Shown here one piece after another: positions 1 to 8,515 of a stretch of DNA of 32,000 nucleotides; the first letter of the stretch is position 1, and each line of letters starts with the position of its first letter. The notes below the pieces were generated by a model. It was not told the DNA's origin. It ran no database searches and worked only from the letters and a program-made list of their open reading frames with translations. Position numbers and translations under genes: made by a program. The stretch is from the sequence record JPID01000014.1; one strand, written 5' to 3'.

Positions 1-359
1 TAGTCACGAGGTCGTGGTGTTCCATATTTTGATCGTGCTGTGCGACGTCCTTGCACGCCACCAAGATCCAAGACACCACGACAGACTCGGTATTTTACTC
101 CGGGTAAATCCTTAACACGACCACCACGAATTGTAACAACAGAATGCTCTTGAAGTGTATGACCTTCTCCAGGGATATACGCAATAACTTCAATACCGGA
201 ACTTAAACGAATTTTTGCAACTTTTCGTAAAGCACTATTTGGTTTTTTTGGTGTACGTGTATACACACGAAAACATACACCTCGTTTTTGAGGTGCAGCG
301 CCAAGTGCGGGAGCACGGCGGCGGCGATGTGGACTTCGACGACGCGTTGCGTGTTTCAT
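1..359 (-). CDS. rps12: ribosomal protein S12 (stop codon cut by window edge)
   Basis: Absent from the ORF track because it runs off the edge. Reverse-strand ATG at 359-357. Translation is [119 protein letters not shown], with the canonical S12 motifs PKKPNSA and [11 protein letters not shown]. That is 119 codons, then TA- at position 1. Confidence 0.93.
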   Translation of the reverse strand, partial: MKHATRRRSPHRRRRAPALGAAPQKRGVCFRVYTRTPKKPNSALRKVAKIRLSSGIEVIAYIPGEGHTLQEHSVVTIRGGRVKDLPGVKYRVCRGVLDLGGVQGRRTARSKYGTPRPRD

Positions 360-405
360 AAGTTGCATTCGTGTAGGCATGTACAACACAATATTTTTGG
401 GACAT

Positions 406-421
406 GACATCTATAGATGTC
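406..421. repeat. perfect 16-nt palindrome gacatctatagatgtc in the rps4-rps12 spacer
   Basis: The sequence equals its own reverse complement. It lies between the rps4 stop (455) and the rps12 start (359). Confidence 0.9.
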
Positions 422-454
422 TCTATCAAAGTTTGCATCAATAGATGTTGATGT

Positions 455-1414
455 TTATGACATAAAATAGGTATAGAGAACATCCATATCAAGTATAGCT
501 GTCCAAACAACTCGTTGAGGTGCATAGAGATAGACCATGGACATGGTGCTATAATCCACTTCAATATGAGGCATGGCATACGCACCAGGCATAGGTTGTT
601 CATATGTATGATCCATAGACTGTACATGTGTCCATACAACCCGCGCCATATGTGGGTCATCAAGCATGGTACTAAGACATGCATGAGCTACAGCATCAAT
701 ATCTCCTACCCGAGGTGTATGGTGCGATGCGTTATGGTGCGTATCCAGACGTGCAAGACATCCATAAGGTGATGTATGCATACGAGTACATGTTCCATGT
801 ACTGTGCAGTATGCCATGACATCCATGCTTGATACTATTGATACAGCATGCTGTTGTGATATATACTGCACAAATGGTGTAGCGGGAGATGTTGTTCTAG
901 ACCATGTGTTTACAAGATCACGTTGATACTGAGATCGACGTTGCGAACACATAGCAATCACATCACCTGGTTGTACACTATACCTACTTTGAGTACATAC
1001 GTGACCATTCACTGTAATGTGTCCACGACGTACCATATCGCGTGCCTGACTCGGGGATGTAGCCCAGAGAGCACGCCAGAGACAAATATCTAAACGACGT
1101 TCTAGAAGTTTAATAAAATTGAGACTCCAAACACCATGAGATTGATGGGCTCGTTGCGCCACATGATGTAACTCTGTATATCCAAGACCACCATACATGG
1201 TAGACAACATACGCATATTTGTATACATACGACTGTAGAGACTACCTCGTGCTTCACCACCACGTCGTGAAAATTGACCATGCCATGTATCCATACTCGC
1301 AAAAAACTCCACACTATCTGGGGTCCATGTGACATCATGTGGCCATGTATTCCCTGTGTGTGGTGTATGAATACAGTGTGCCATATGATATAAAAGACGA
1401 GTAATATGATGCAT
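455..1414 (-). CDS. rps4: ribosomal protein S4, divergent with a long C-terminal region
   Basis: 319-aa ORF with an ATG start. S4 RNA-binding domain: LERRLDICLWRALWATSPSQARDMVRRGHITVNGHVCTQSRYSVQPGDVI. The rest is very rich in His, Tyr, Thr and Met. Confidence 0.85.
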   Translation of the reverse strand: MHHITRLLYHMAHCIHTPHTGNTWPHDVTWTPDSVEFFASMDTWHGQFSRRGGEARGSLYSRMYTNMRMLSTMYGGLGYTELHHVAQRAHQSHGVWSLNFIKLLERRLDICLWRALWATSPSQARDMVRRGHITVNGHVCTQSRYSVQPGDVIAMCSQRRSQYQRDLVNTWSRTTSPATPFVQYISQQHAVSIVSSMDVMAYCTVHGTCTRMHTSPYGCLARLDTHHNASHHTPRVGDIDAVAHACLSTMLDDPHMARVVWTHVQSMDHTYEQPMPGAYAMPHIEVDYSTMSMVYLYAPQRVVWTAILDMDVLYTYFMS

Positions 1415-1470
1415 TGTAGAGACGTGCGTTTTTTATCGAATGTACATAGAGACATGTCAGACAGAGGCGT

Positions 1471-1480
1471 CTATAGAGAC
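1471..1480 (+). promoter_or_regulatory. promoter-like motif ctatagagac (one of three copies at 1445-1508) upstream of the tatC-nad6-nad4L block
   Basis: Recurrent spacer motif YATAGAGA(C/A). It resembles the plant mitochondrial CRTAAGAGA promoter core. It sits in a divergent spacer and points at the + block. It also forms the 5' arm of the hairpin gagacat-gtgt-atgtctc. Confidence 0.3.
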
Positions 1481-1583
1481 ATGTGTATGTCTCTCATATA
1501 GAGTAGACCTTGAGATACACTAGGTATTGTCTATGTCTCTCGTGTATACTCTCTATATCTATTAGACCGACACTCTATTTATT

Positions 1584-2294
1584 ATGTCTTCTCTTGTACT
1601 CTATATACAGGAACTATACTATCGTGTGTGCTACGTATGTATAGCTCTGGCGCTGGCTTGTTGTACTGCTTGGATCTATCGTTACACCTATCTACACGCA
1701 TATATTGCACCGGTCACGACCACGTTATATGTGTTGGATGTTGGAGAAGACATTCAAACGGGTGTCTCTATAAGTCTCTATCTTGGTTGTGTTTGGAGTG
1801 TAGGATATATCTACTATGTCTATACATGTTATACGGCTCCGGGACGATATGCGTATGAACACACCTCTTTGATGTGGTCTCGTATCTGTATGTGGTTGTA
1901 TATGTATGGCGTGTATATCTGGGGCGTATGGTATGCATGGCCGGAAGTGTACCGCGTGTTTCTTGGCATGCCAATAGGTGTGTCAGATATATGGGGTCTT
2001 TGTGTGGATACCATGCCGCGTGTTCGTTCGTTGGTGGCCTGGAGTATATGGGTACCTGTAGGGTGTGTATGTATATCCCTAGTTCCTATGTATGGATACG
2101 TGTATGTGGATAGTGTATGGATAACATACTATCGACGTACATGGTATCTCTGTAGCGCACTTTGTGTAAGTGCTCTATGCCCACCACATCCATGGTTTCA
2201 AATGTGTGTGTCCTTGATTTTCTGGCTTCTCTATGAATTCACATTAGTATGTGTGTGTATTCGCCAATGTGTGTCTAAAACATCTACAACATGA
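1584..2294 (+). CDS. tatC: Sec-independent translocase component TatC (mttB/ymf16), highly divergent
   Basis: 236-aa hydrophobic ORF. It aligns by eye to TatC landmarks. N-terminal YIQELYYRV matches HLxELRxR. VLDVGEDIQTGVSISLYL...CYTAPGRYAYEH matches TDVxExFxTxIKxS...FIAPGLYxxER. C-terminal LCPPHPWFQMCVSLIFWLLYE matches TPPDxxSQxxLAxPxxxLYE. Its TGA stop overlaps the nad6 ATG (ATGA at 2291-2294). Confidence 0.72.
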   Translation: MSSLVLYIQELYYRVCYVCIALALACCTAWIYRYTYLHAYIAPVTTTLYVLDVGEDIQTGVSISLYLGCVWSVGYIYYVYTCYTAPGRYAYEHTSLMWSRICMWLYMYGVYIWGVWYAWPEVYRVFLGMPIGVSDIWGLCVDTMPRVRSLVAWSIWVPVGCVCISLVPMYGYVYVDSVWITYYRRTWYLCSALCVSALCPPHPWFQMCVSLIFWLLYEFTLVCVCIRQCVSKTSTT

Positions 2295-2893
2295 ATACGC
2301 TTTTTTATGTTTTTGCGAGTTTAATGTTAGCCAGTGGTGTTATGGTGATTCAATCTCGTAATCCTGTATATAGTGTACTTTTTTTAATTTTAGTCTTTTT
2401 TCATGGTGCAGCACTTTTATTACTTTTAGGGCTGGATTTTTTTGCCATGACATTTCTTGTGGTCTATGTGGGTGCTATTGCAGTGCTCTTTTTGTTTGTT
2501 GTCATGATGTTAGACATTAATATGGCAGAACTTCAAGAGCGTCGACTACGCTATTTACCCGTAGGTGGTGTACTTGGTCTGCTGTTTATTCTTGAGGGTC
2601 TTGTTATTGTGGATGTTGATCTTGTACCACTTCTCTATACGCAAAGTATGGATACATCCGTATATTGGACAAATTGGACATATACTTTGGCACAAGTCAG
2701 CAATATGCATACTATGGGTCGACTGCTCTATACCTATTATGGTGTGTATTTTTTAGTGGCCAGTCTTATTTTATTAGTTGCCATGGTGGGGGCTATTGTA
2801 CTCACACAACAACGCCGTCGTGGTGCTCGACGTCAACACGTGTATATTCAAAATACGCGAGATTTTGCTCGTACGATTCGTAAAGTCTCGTAA
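2291..2893 (+). CDS. nad6: NADH dehydrogenase subunit 6
   Basis: 200-aa ORF. MNTLFYVFASLMLASGVMVIQSRNPVYSVLFLILVFFHGAALLLLLGLDFFAMTFLVVYVGAIAVLFLFVVMML is typical nad6. Confidence 0.95.
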   Translation: MNTLFYVFASLMLASGVMVIQSRNPVYSVLFLILVFFHGAALLLLLGLDFFAMTFLVVYVGAIAVLFLFVVMMLDINMAELQERRLRYLPVGGVLGLLFILEGLVIVDVDLVPLLYTQSMDTSVYWTNWTYTLAQVSNMHTMGRLLYTYYGVYFLVASLILLVAMVGAIVLTQQRRRGARRQHVYIQNTRDFARTIRKVS

Positions 2894-2914
2894 AAACATC
2901 CCAATACATTTTCT

Positions 2915-3217
2915 ATGGATATTGTCAATTATATTGCTGTTGCTCTAGCTCTTTTTTTATTGGGTTTATGGGGTATTTTTATGAACCGCAAGAATATTCT
3001 CGTGATGTTAATGAGCATTGAACTGATGTTGTTGGCGGTGAATATGAACTTTTTAGTGTTTTCAGTGTACTTAGACGATGTTGTTGGTCAAATGTTTGCA
3101 CTTTTTGTTCTTACAGTTGCCGCAGCTGAAAGTGCTATTGGTCTGGCTCTTTTAGTGGTGTACTATCGTATTCGTGGCACCATTCAAGTGGAGTATATTA
3201 ATCTGATTCGGGGGTAA
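2915..3217 (+). CDS. nad4L: NADH dehydrogenase subunit 4L
   Basis: 100-aa ORF with the conserved ...[16 protein letters not shown]...[14 protein letters not shown]. Confidence 0.95.
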   Translation: MDIVNYIAVALALFLLGLWGIFMNRKNILVMLMSIELMLLAVNMNFLVFSVYLDDVVGQMFALFVLTVAAAESAIGLALLVVYYRIRGTIQVEYINLIRG

Positions 3218-3244
3218 CATATATCCATGCCGTGTGTCCAGCGT

Positions 3245-3318
3245 GTGCCTGTGGCTCAATTGGATAGAGTATCAGACTACGGATCTGAGGGTTGAGAGTT
3301 CAAATCTTTCCAGGCACG
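3245..3318 (+). tRNA. trnR: tRNA-Arg(ACG)
   Basis: Hand-folded cloverleaf. Acceptor GTGCCTG/CAGGCAC, anticodon arm TCAGA-CTACGGA-TCTGA, T loop TTCAAAT. Confidence 0.88.
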
Positions 3319-3320
3319 TG

Positions 3321-3393
3321 GCCTACTTAACTCAATTGGCAGAGTATCAGTTTTGTAAACTGAAGGTTATCGGTTCAACTCCGATAGTAGGCT
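3321..3393 (+). tRNA. trnT: tRNA-Thr(UGU)
   Basis: Acceptor GCCTACT/AGTAGGC, anticodon arm TCAGT-TTTGTAA-ACTGA, T arm ATCGG-TTCAACT-CCGAT. Confidence 0.88.
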
Positions 3394-3490
3394 CCCAACG
3401 CCCTTTTTTTTTTACAGTATGTATCACGACACATTTTTGATACGTGGTAGTACATCGCTACACCATATCCATGTATGCTAGGATATGTCA

Positions 3491-3563
3491 AGGAGAATAG
3501 TTTTAATGGTAGAATAATGGTCTCCAAAACCAGAGGTTAAGGGTTCGACTCCCTTTTCTCCTG
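3491..3563 (+). tRNA. trnW: tRNA-Trp(CCA)
   Basis: Acceptor AGGAGAA/TTCTCCT, anticodon loop CTCCAAA, T arm AAGGG-TTCGACT-CCCTT. The CCA anticodon argues for standard decoding of UGG only. Confidence 0.88.
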
Positions 3564-3606
3564 ACCTCCCGGAGGCGAGGCATGATATGGATAACAAAAA
3601 AAATAA

Positions 3607-5139
3607 ATGTCACCTATGGCAGTATCTCTAAGTGAAATTTCAGTATTACTTGAACAAAAAATTAGTGATTCCTACAGTCATGTAGCCCGCGATGAGGTGG
3701 GTCGTGTATTAAGTGTAGGAGATGGTATTGCTCGCGTTTCTGGTCTGGATAATATTCAGGCAGGTGAAATGGTGGAGTTTGCAAACGGTGTTCGCGGTAT
3801 GGCTCTGAATCTGGAAAGCGACAACGTCGGTGTCGTGCTTTTTGGATCTGATGTGGCAATTCGTGAAGGCGATGTTGTGACACGTACTGGTGCTATTGTG
3901 GATGTGCCAGTAGGTCCTGGAACACTTGGACGTGTGGTGGACGGTCTTGGAAATCCAATTGATGGTCGTGGTCCTCTAGAGAATGTGACACGTCGTCGTG
4001 CAGAAATGAAAGCACCAGGGATTATTGCTCGTCAAAGTGTGAGTGAACCTATGCAAACAGGTCTTAAGGCGGTAGATAGTCTTGTACCTATTGGTCGTGG
4101 TCAACGTGAATTAATTATTGGTGATCGTCAAACAGGTAAAACAGCTATTGCAGTGGATACCTTTTTAAACCAACGTGACGTGAATCAAACACAAGATGAG
4201 AGTAAAAAACTCTATTGTGTCTATGTTGCGGTGGGACAAAAACGTTCAACAGTTGCACAAATTGTAAACACACTCACACAGGCAGGTGCCATGGACTATA
4301 GTATTGTTGTTGCAGCTACAGCAAGTGATCCTGCGCCACTACAATTTTTAGCGCCCTATTCAGGATGTGCCATGGGAGAATACTTTCGTGATAATGGTAT
4401 GCATGCTCTGATTGTGTATGATGATTTAAGTAAACAAAGTGTGGCGTATCGTCAAATGTCTCTACTGCTTCGTCGTCCACCAGGTCGTGAAGCCTTTCCA
4501 GGTGATGTGTTTTATCTTCACTCACGTCTTTTAGAACGTGCGGCTAAAATGTCATCTGAGATGGGTGGCGGAAGTTTAACAGCGTTACCAGTGATTGAAA
4601 CTCAAGCTGGTGATGTGTCCGCGTATATTCCAACCAATGTGATTTCTATTACTGATGGTCAAATTTTCCTAGAAACAGAACTCTTTTATAAAGGTATTCG
4701 ACCAGCTATTAATGTAGGTCTCTCTGTGAGTCGTGTGGGTTCTGCAGCTCAAGTCAAAGCTATGAAACAGGTGGCTGGAACAATGAAACTGGAACTTGCT
4801 CAATATCGTGAAGTGGCGGCCTTTGCTCAATTTGGTTCAGATCTTGATGCATCAACACAATATCTTTTAAATCGTGGCGAACGTTTAACAGAGGTGCTGA
4901 AACAAGACCAATATCAACCAATTGATTTTGCGGTACAAGTGGTGATTTTATTTGCCGCAACTCGTGGCTATCTTGATAAAATTGCTGTCTCTGATATTGC
5001 TGCCTATGAAGCTGCTGTATGTGCCCAAGTGGACAGTAGTCTTGTGGACACAATTCGTCGTGAAAAGTCTCTTTCACCCGATACAGAAGCCAAATTAAAG
5101 GCGTTTTTTGATGATTTTGCAACTCGCTTTTCATCATAG
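3607..5139 (+). CDS. atp1: ATP synthase F1 subunit alpha
   Basis: 510-aa ORF with the Walker A motif GDRQTGKT and the conserved [48 protein letters not shown]. Confidence 0.97.
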   Translation: MSPMAVSLSEISVLLEQKISDSYSHVARDEVGRVLSVGDGIARVSGLDNIQAGEMVEFANGVRGMALNLESDNVGVVLFGSDVAIREGDVVTRTGAIVDVPVGPGTLGRVVDGLGNPIDGRGPLENVTRRRAEMKAPGIIARQSVSEPMQTGLKAVDSLVPIGRGQRELIIGDRQTGKTAIAVDTFLNQRDVNQTQDESKKLYCVYVAVGQKRSTVAQIVNTLTQAGAMDYSIVVAATASDPAPLQFLAPYSGCAMGEYFRDNGMHALIVYDDLSKQSVAYRQMSLLLRRPPGREAFPGDVFYLHSRLLERAAKMSSEMGGGSLTALPVIETQAGDVSAYIPTNVISITDGQIFLETELFYKGIRPAINVGLSVSRVGSAAQVKAMKQVAGTMKLELAQYREVAAFAQFGSDLDASTQYLLNRGERLTEVLKQDQYQPIDFAVQVVILFAATRGYLDKIAVSDIAAYEAAVCAQVDSSLVDTIRREKSLSPDTEAKLKAFFDDFATRFSS

Positions 5140-5173
5140 ACTCTATTGTATGTAAAAGATATGTCCCAAGTGT

Positions 5174-6274
5174 ATGAGTGGTATTCTTGTAACAAGTGTG
5201 CTTAAAATTTTGGGTATTACAGTACCCTTACTCCTGGGTGTTGCGTTTTTAGTGCTTGCAGAACGAAAAGTTTTAGGAGCCATGCAACGCCGTAAAGGAC
5301 CGAATGTGGTTGGTTTTTTTGGCGTGTTACAACCCATTGCTGATGGTGTGAAACTCATGGTCAAAGAACCTGTATTACCAAGCAATGCCAACACTGTACT
5401 CTTTGTGGGAGCTCCTATTTTAACGTTTCTTCTAAGTCAAGTAGCCTGGGCTGCTATTCCCTTTAGCCCAGGAGCTGTTTTAGCAGATCTCGATGTGGGT
5501 GTGCTCTACTTATTTGCTATTTCCAGTCTTGGGGTGTATGGAATTATTATTGCTGGATGGTCAAGTAATTCAAAATATGCATTTTTAGGAAGTCTTCGAT
5601 CTGCCGCACAAATGGTGAGTTACGAAGTATCTATTGGTTTAATTTTAATTACAGTTCTTTTATGTGCTGGAACCTTAAACCTATCAACAATTGTACAAGC
5701 GCAACAGTATGTATGGTATGTTGTACCTCTATACCCCTTATTACTTTTGTTTTTTATTTCATGTCTTGCGGAAACAAATCGTGCACCCTTTGATCTTCCA
5801 GAAGCTGAAGCAGAATTAGTAGCAGGATATAATGTGGAATATTCAAGTATGGGATTTGCTCTTTTTTTCTTAGGAGAATACGCCAATATGATGGTGATGA
5901 GTAGTCTATGCGTGATTTTTTTTCTTGGAGGTTGGCTTCCACCACTTGATATTGCCCTATTCTATTGGTTCCCACCAAGTTTTTGGTTTGCTCTGAAAGT
6001 TGCTGGTGTGTTATTTCTGTATATTTGGGTACGAGCATGTTATCCTCGATATCGATATGATCAACTTATGGGACTTGGTTGGAAAGTATTTCTTCCATTA
6101 TCCCTTGCATGGGTTGTATTTGTTGCAGGAGTCCTACTGAGTTTTGACTGGCTTCCAAGCAGTGCAGCCATTTTTATTAAATATATAAACAATATCACCT
6201 TCTGGGTGTTGTGTATTTGGTGCAAGGGTTTCCCATGGACTTCCATATTCAAAATATCGAAATTCTTGGGCTAA
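5174..6274 (+). CDS. nad1: NADH dehydrogenase subunit 1 (about 35 extra C-terminal codons overlapping nad9 antisense)
   Basis: 366-aa ORF with the conserved [20 protein letters not shown] and [27 protein letters not shown]. The conserved part ends near 6160. There is no in-frame stop until the TAA at 6272-6274. Confidence 0.93.
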   Translation: MSGILVTSVLKILGITVPLLLGVAFLVLAERKVLGAMQRRKGPNVVGFFGVLQPIADGVKLMVKEPVLPSNANTVLFVGAPILTFLLSQVAWAAIPFSPGAVLADLDVGVLYLFAISSLGVYGIIIAGWSSNSKYAFLGSLRSAAQMVSYEVSIGLILITVLLCAGTLNLSTIVQAQQYVWYVVPLYPLLLLFFISCLAETNRAPFDLPEAEAELVAGYNVEYSSMGFALFFLGEYANMMVMSSLCVIFFLGGWLPPLDIALFYWFPPSFWFALKVAGVLFLYIWVRACYPRYRYDQLMGLGWKVFLPLSLAWVVFVAGVLLSFDWLPSSAAIFIKYINNITFWVLCIWCKGFPWTSIFKISKFLG

Positions 6275-6775
6275 TTCCACAGGTTCTGTGATCACACGTT
6301 TTTCGCTGTCACAATAACGTACTTCATGAAAGCCAGTGAGAGGAAAGTCTTTACGAAGTGGGTGTCCTTGAAATCCATAATCGGTAAGAATGCGACGAAG
6401 ATCTGGATGGCCTTGAAAAAACACACCAAACATATCCCACACTTCACGTTCCCACCACCCCGCACTTTTATATAAACCGGTCATTGATGGAAGTGGTTGA
6501 TTTTCGTAGACATCGGTACATACACGAACACGAGATGCATATTCCACACTTAAAAGATGATAGACCACACGAAATCGACGTTGATGTTGAGGATAATCCA
6601 CAGCTGTAACATCCACAAGACATTTATATTGAGTTTGACTATGATCACGAAGATAGGACAGACATGGAACAAGATGTTCTGGAGCCACGTATAGGGTGAG
6701 TTCACCACGACGCCACTGCGTTTCTTGAAGCCATTGAGGAATCTCTTGACGTAATGTTTGTGCAAAAGCGTGCAT
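6134..6775 (-). CDS. nad9: NADH dehydrogenase subunit 9 (about 30 extra C-terminal codons overlapping nad1 antisense)
   Basis: 213-aa ORF with the conserved [48 protein letters not shown]...[12 protein letters not shown]. Plant nad9 ends a few residues after SPWE, as far as I recall. Confidence 0.93.
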   Translation of the reverse strand: MHAFAQTLRQEIPQWLQETQWRRGELTLYVAPEHLVPCLSYLRDHSQTQYKCLVDVTAVDYPQHQRRFRVVYHLLSVEYASRVRVCTDVYENQPLPSMTGLYKSAGWWEREVWDMFGVFFQGHPDLRRILTDYGFQGHPLRKDFPLTGFHEVRYCDSEKRVITEPVELAQEFRYFEYGSPWETLAPNTQHPEGDIVYIFNKNGCTAWKPVKTQ

Positions 6776-6791
6776 ACAAATAGAGAGTTTT

Positions 6792-6875
6792 TATATCATA
6801 CAAGGTTGTCATACAAAGTTGTATATCGTACAAGGTTGTATATCGTACAAGGTTGTATATCGTACAAGGTTGTAT
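6792..6875. repeat. tandem array of the 17-nt unit tatatcgtacaaggttg
   Basis: Three perfect copies at 6822-6838, 6839-6855 and 6856-6872. A 1-mismatch copy is at 6792-6808 and a truncated degenerate copy at 6809-6821. The array runs directly into the 3' end of trnA and lies just upstream of the nad9 start. Confidence 0.95.
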
Positions 6876-6947
6876 GGAAACGACCGGATTTGAACCGATG
6901 ACCTCATGCGTGCAAAGCATGCGTTCTACCAACTAAACTACGCTCCC
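6875..6947 (-). tRNA. trnA: tRNA-Ala(UGC)
   Basis: Reverse-strand acceptor GGGAGCG/CGTTTCC with the G3:U70 identity pair. Anticodon arm CATGC-TTTGCAC-GCATG. Confidence 0.88.
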
Positions 6948-6961
6948 AAAACACACACTCT

Positions 6962-7048
6962 CGGAAGAAATGGGATTTGAACCCATGGTATACATGTGTA
7001 TACGCTGATTTAGCAAACCAGTGCCTTAAACCACTCAGCCATTCTTCC
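6962..7048 (-). tRNA. trnS: tRNA-Ser(GCU), long variable arm
   Basis: Acceptor GGAAGAA/TTCTTCC, anticodon arm CTGGT-TTGCTAA-ATCAG, 87 nt with an extra arm. Confidence 0.87.
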
Positions 7049-7118
7049 ATACACGGTATGTATAGGTACCTAGAGTATCATACACTCTCGAGAGATACGT
7101 ATGAGTATGTGACACATG

Positions 7119-7202
7119 TACGGATGGCAGGACTTGAACCCGCAAGGCATAGATGCCCCCAGAACCTAAACCTGGTGTGTCTACCAATTCCACCACACCC
7201 GC
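7119..7202 (-). tRNA. trnL: tRNA-Leu(UAG), long variable arm
   Basis: Acceptor GCGGGTG/CATCCGT (includes G:U pairs), anticodon arm CCAGG-TTTAGGT-TCTGG, T loop TTCAAGT. Confidence 0.85.
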
Positions 7203-7219
7203 ACATAGTCGATATGTAT

Positions 7220-7292
7220 TGAGCTCGAGTGGACTCGAACCACTAACCTTCTCGTTGTAAGCGAGCTGCTCTGCCAATTGAGCTACGTGCCC
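7220..7292 (-). tRNA. trnV: tRNA-Val(UAC)
   Basis: GGGCACG-TA-GCTC..., anticodon loop CTTACAA, T arm AGTGG-TTCGAGT-CCACT. There is one A5:A68 mismatch in the acceptor stem. Confidence 0.82.
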
Positions 7293-7407
7293 GAAATCCT
7301 ACGTCTATACTATGATAGATGCACTGTGGATTCTATACATCGGATTCTACAGTACGTGTGGTATCATGTATACGTGAATCATATGTATAGACGTTGATGT
7401 CGTGAAT

Positions 7408-7494
7408 CGGATGAGAAGGGATTCGAACCCCCGATACGGAATGCCGTATGTCGGTTTTCAAGACCGATACCTTAAACCACTCAGACACTCATCC
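7408..7494 (-). tRNA. trnS: tRNA-Ser(UGA), long variable arm
   Basis: Acceptor GGATGAG/CTCATCC, anticodon arm TCGGT-CTTGAAA-ACCGA, T loop TTCGAAT. Confidence 0.87.
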
Positions 7495-7600
7495 ACAGAA
7501 CGTATCGCTATGGTGACATACATATGTCTCGTACCATAGTGTACACTGATATGCCATACACTGGATAGACGCCGTGTATCTATGATAGAGAACATGGGTT

Positions 7601-7672
7601 TGTCTAGAAGAGGATTTGAACCTCTGACCCAAGGATTTTCAGTCCTTTGCTCTACCACTGAGCTATCTAGAC
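7601..7672 (-). tRNA. trnF: tRNA-Phe(GAA)
   Basis: Acceptor GTCTAGA/TCTAGAC, anticodon arm AAGGA-CTGAAAA-TCCTT, T arm AGAGG-TTCAAAT-CCTCT. Confidence 0.88.
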
Positions 7673-7683
7673 ACCATGAAACA

Positions 7684-7755
7684 CTGGGGTGAAAGGATTC
7701 GAACCTTTGCCTGTCGGATCCAAATTCCGATGCCTTACCACTTGGCTACACCCCA
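7684..7755 (-). tRNA. trnQ: tRNA-Gln(UUG)
   Basis: Acceptor TGGGGTG/CACCCCA, anticodon arm TCGGA-ATTTGGA-TCCGA, T arm AAAGG-TTCGAAT-CCTTT. Confidence 0.86.
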
Positions 7756-7765
7756 TGCCTACACA

Positions 7766-8515
7766 TTAGTGAAGGTTAATAGCATCATTGAGATAAATAC
7801 ATAAAAGAATGGTAAACACATATGCTTGAAGACATGCCACACCAATTTCTAAACCAGTTAAAGCTAGAACAACGCCAAAGGGTACGACACTTGCAACAGC
7901 TAGAATACCACCAACGCTCAACATGGTCCATGCAAATCCACTGAGAATTTTCACCAGTGTATGTCCAGCCATCATATTGGCAAACAGTCGAACACCAAGA
8001 CTTACAGCACGAAAACTATAACTCACCAGTTCTAATACCACAAGAAGTGGAGCCAGGGCTAAAGGGGCTCCCTTTGGAAGAAGAAAGCTTAAAAAGTGGA
8101 GTCCATGGGTTTGAAATCCAATCAATGTGACACCCACAAATAAACTTAGAGATAAACCAAAGGTCACAACCATATGACTGGTTGCTGTAAAACTATAGGG
8201 AATCATACCAATTAAATTCGTACTGAGTAAAAATAAAAACGTTGTAAAAATCAGTGGAAAATATCGACGTCCCACAGTACCAATTTGTTCGGATACAAGA
8301 CCTACAACAAATTCATAGATCATTTCCACAAGACTCTGCCAACGACCTGGTACCACAAAACCTCCTTGACGTGTTACAGCATAGAGCAGTGTGGACACCA
8401 GAGCTGTTGCCAATAACATATACAAACTACTGTTGGTAAAGTTAAGATAGTAATGTCCCAGGTGAAGTGGAATAAAACTGACAATGGTAAATTGTTCAAG
8501 TGGTGTTGAAATCAT
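7766..8515 (-). CDS. atp6: ATP synthase F0 subunit a
   Basis: Conserved MISTPLEQF N-terminus and VSLGVRLFANMMAGHTL. I place the start at the internal ATG (8515), because MISTPLEQF is the usual atp6 start. The ORF track extends to 8581. Confidence 0.93.
   Translation of the reverse strand: MISTPLEQFTIVSFIPLHLGHYYLNFTNSSLYMLLATALVSTLLYAVTRQGGFVVPGRWQSLVEMIYEFVVGLVSEQIGTVGRRYFPLIFTTFLFLLSTNLIGMIPYSFTATSHMVVTFGLSLSLFVGVTLIGFQTHGLHFLSFLLPKGAPLALAPLLVVLELVSYSFRAVSLGVRLFANMMAGHTLVKILSGFAWTMLSVGGILAVASVVPFGVVLALTGLEIGVACLQAYVFTILLCIYLNDAINLH

Noticed and set aside
1429-1441. Exact 13-mer ttttttatcgaat shared with 22673-22685, and exact 12-mer agagatgctatg shared between about 14588-14599 and about 15032-15043
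   Set aside because: In 32 kb, several exact 12-13-mer matches are expected by chance (roughly 32000^2/2 divided by 4^13, i.e. several), and one of these contains a T6 run. They are not enough to call a functional element.
235-1455. ORFs 235-684, 515-772 and 1102-1455, overlapping rps12 and rps4
   Set aside because: These are alternative frames of rps4 or rps12, or spacer read-through. They have low-complexity His/Cys/Met-rich translations and no family motifs. rps4 and rps12 fully account for the region.
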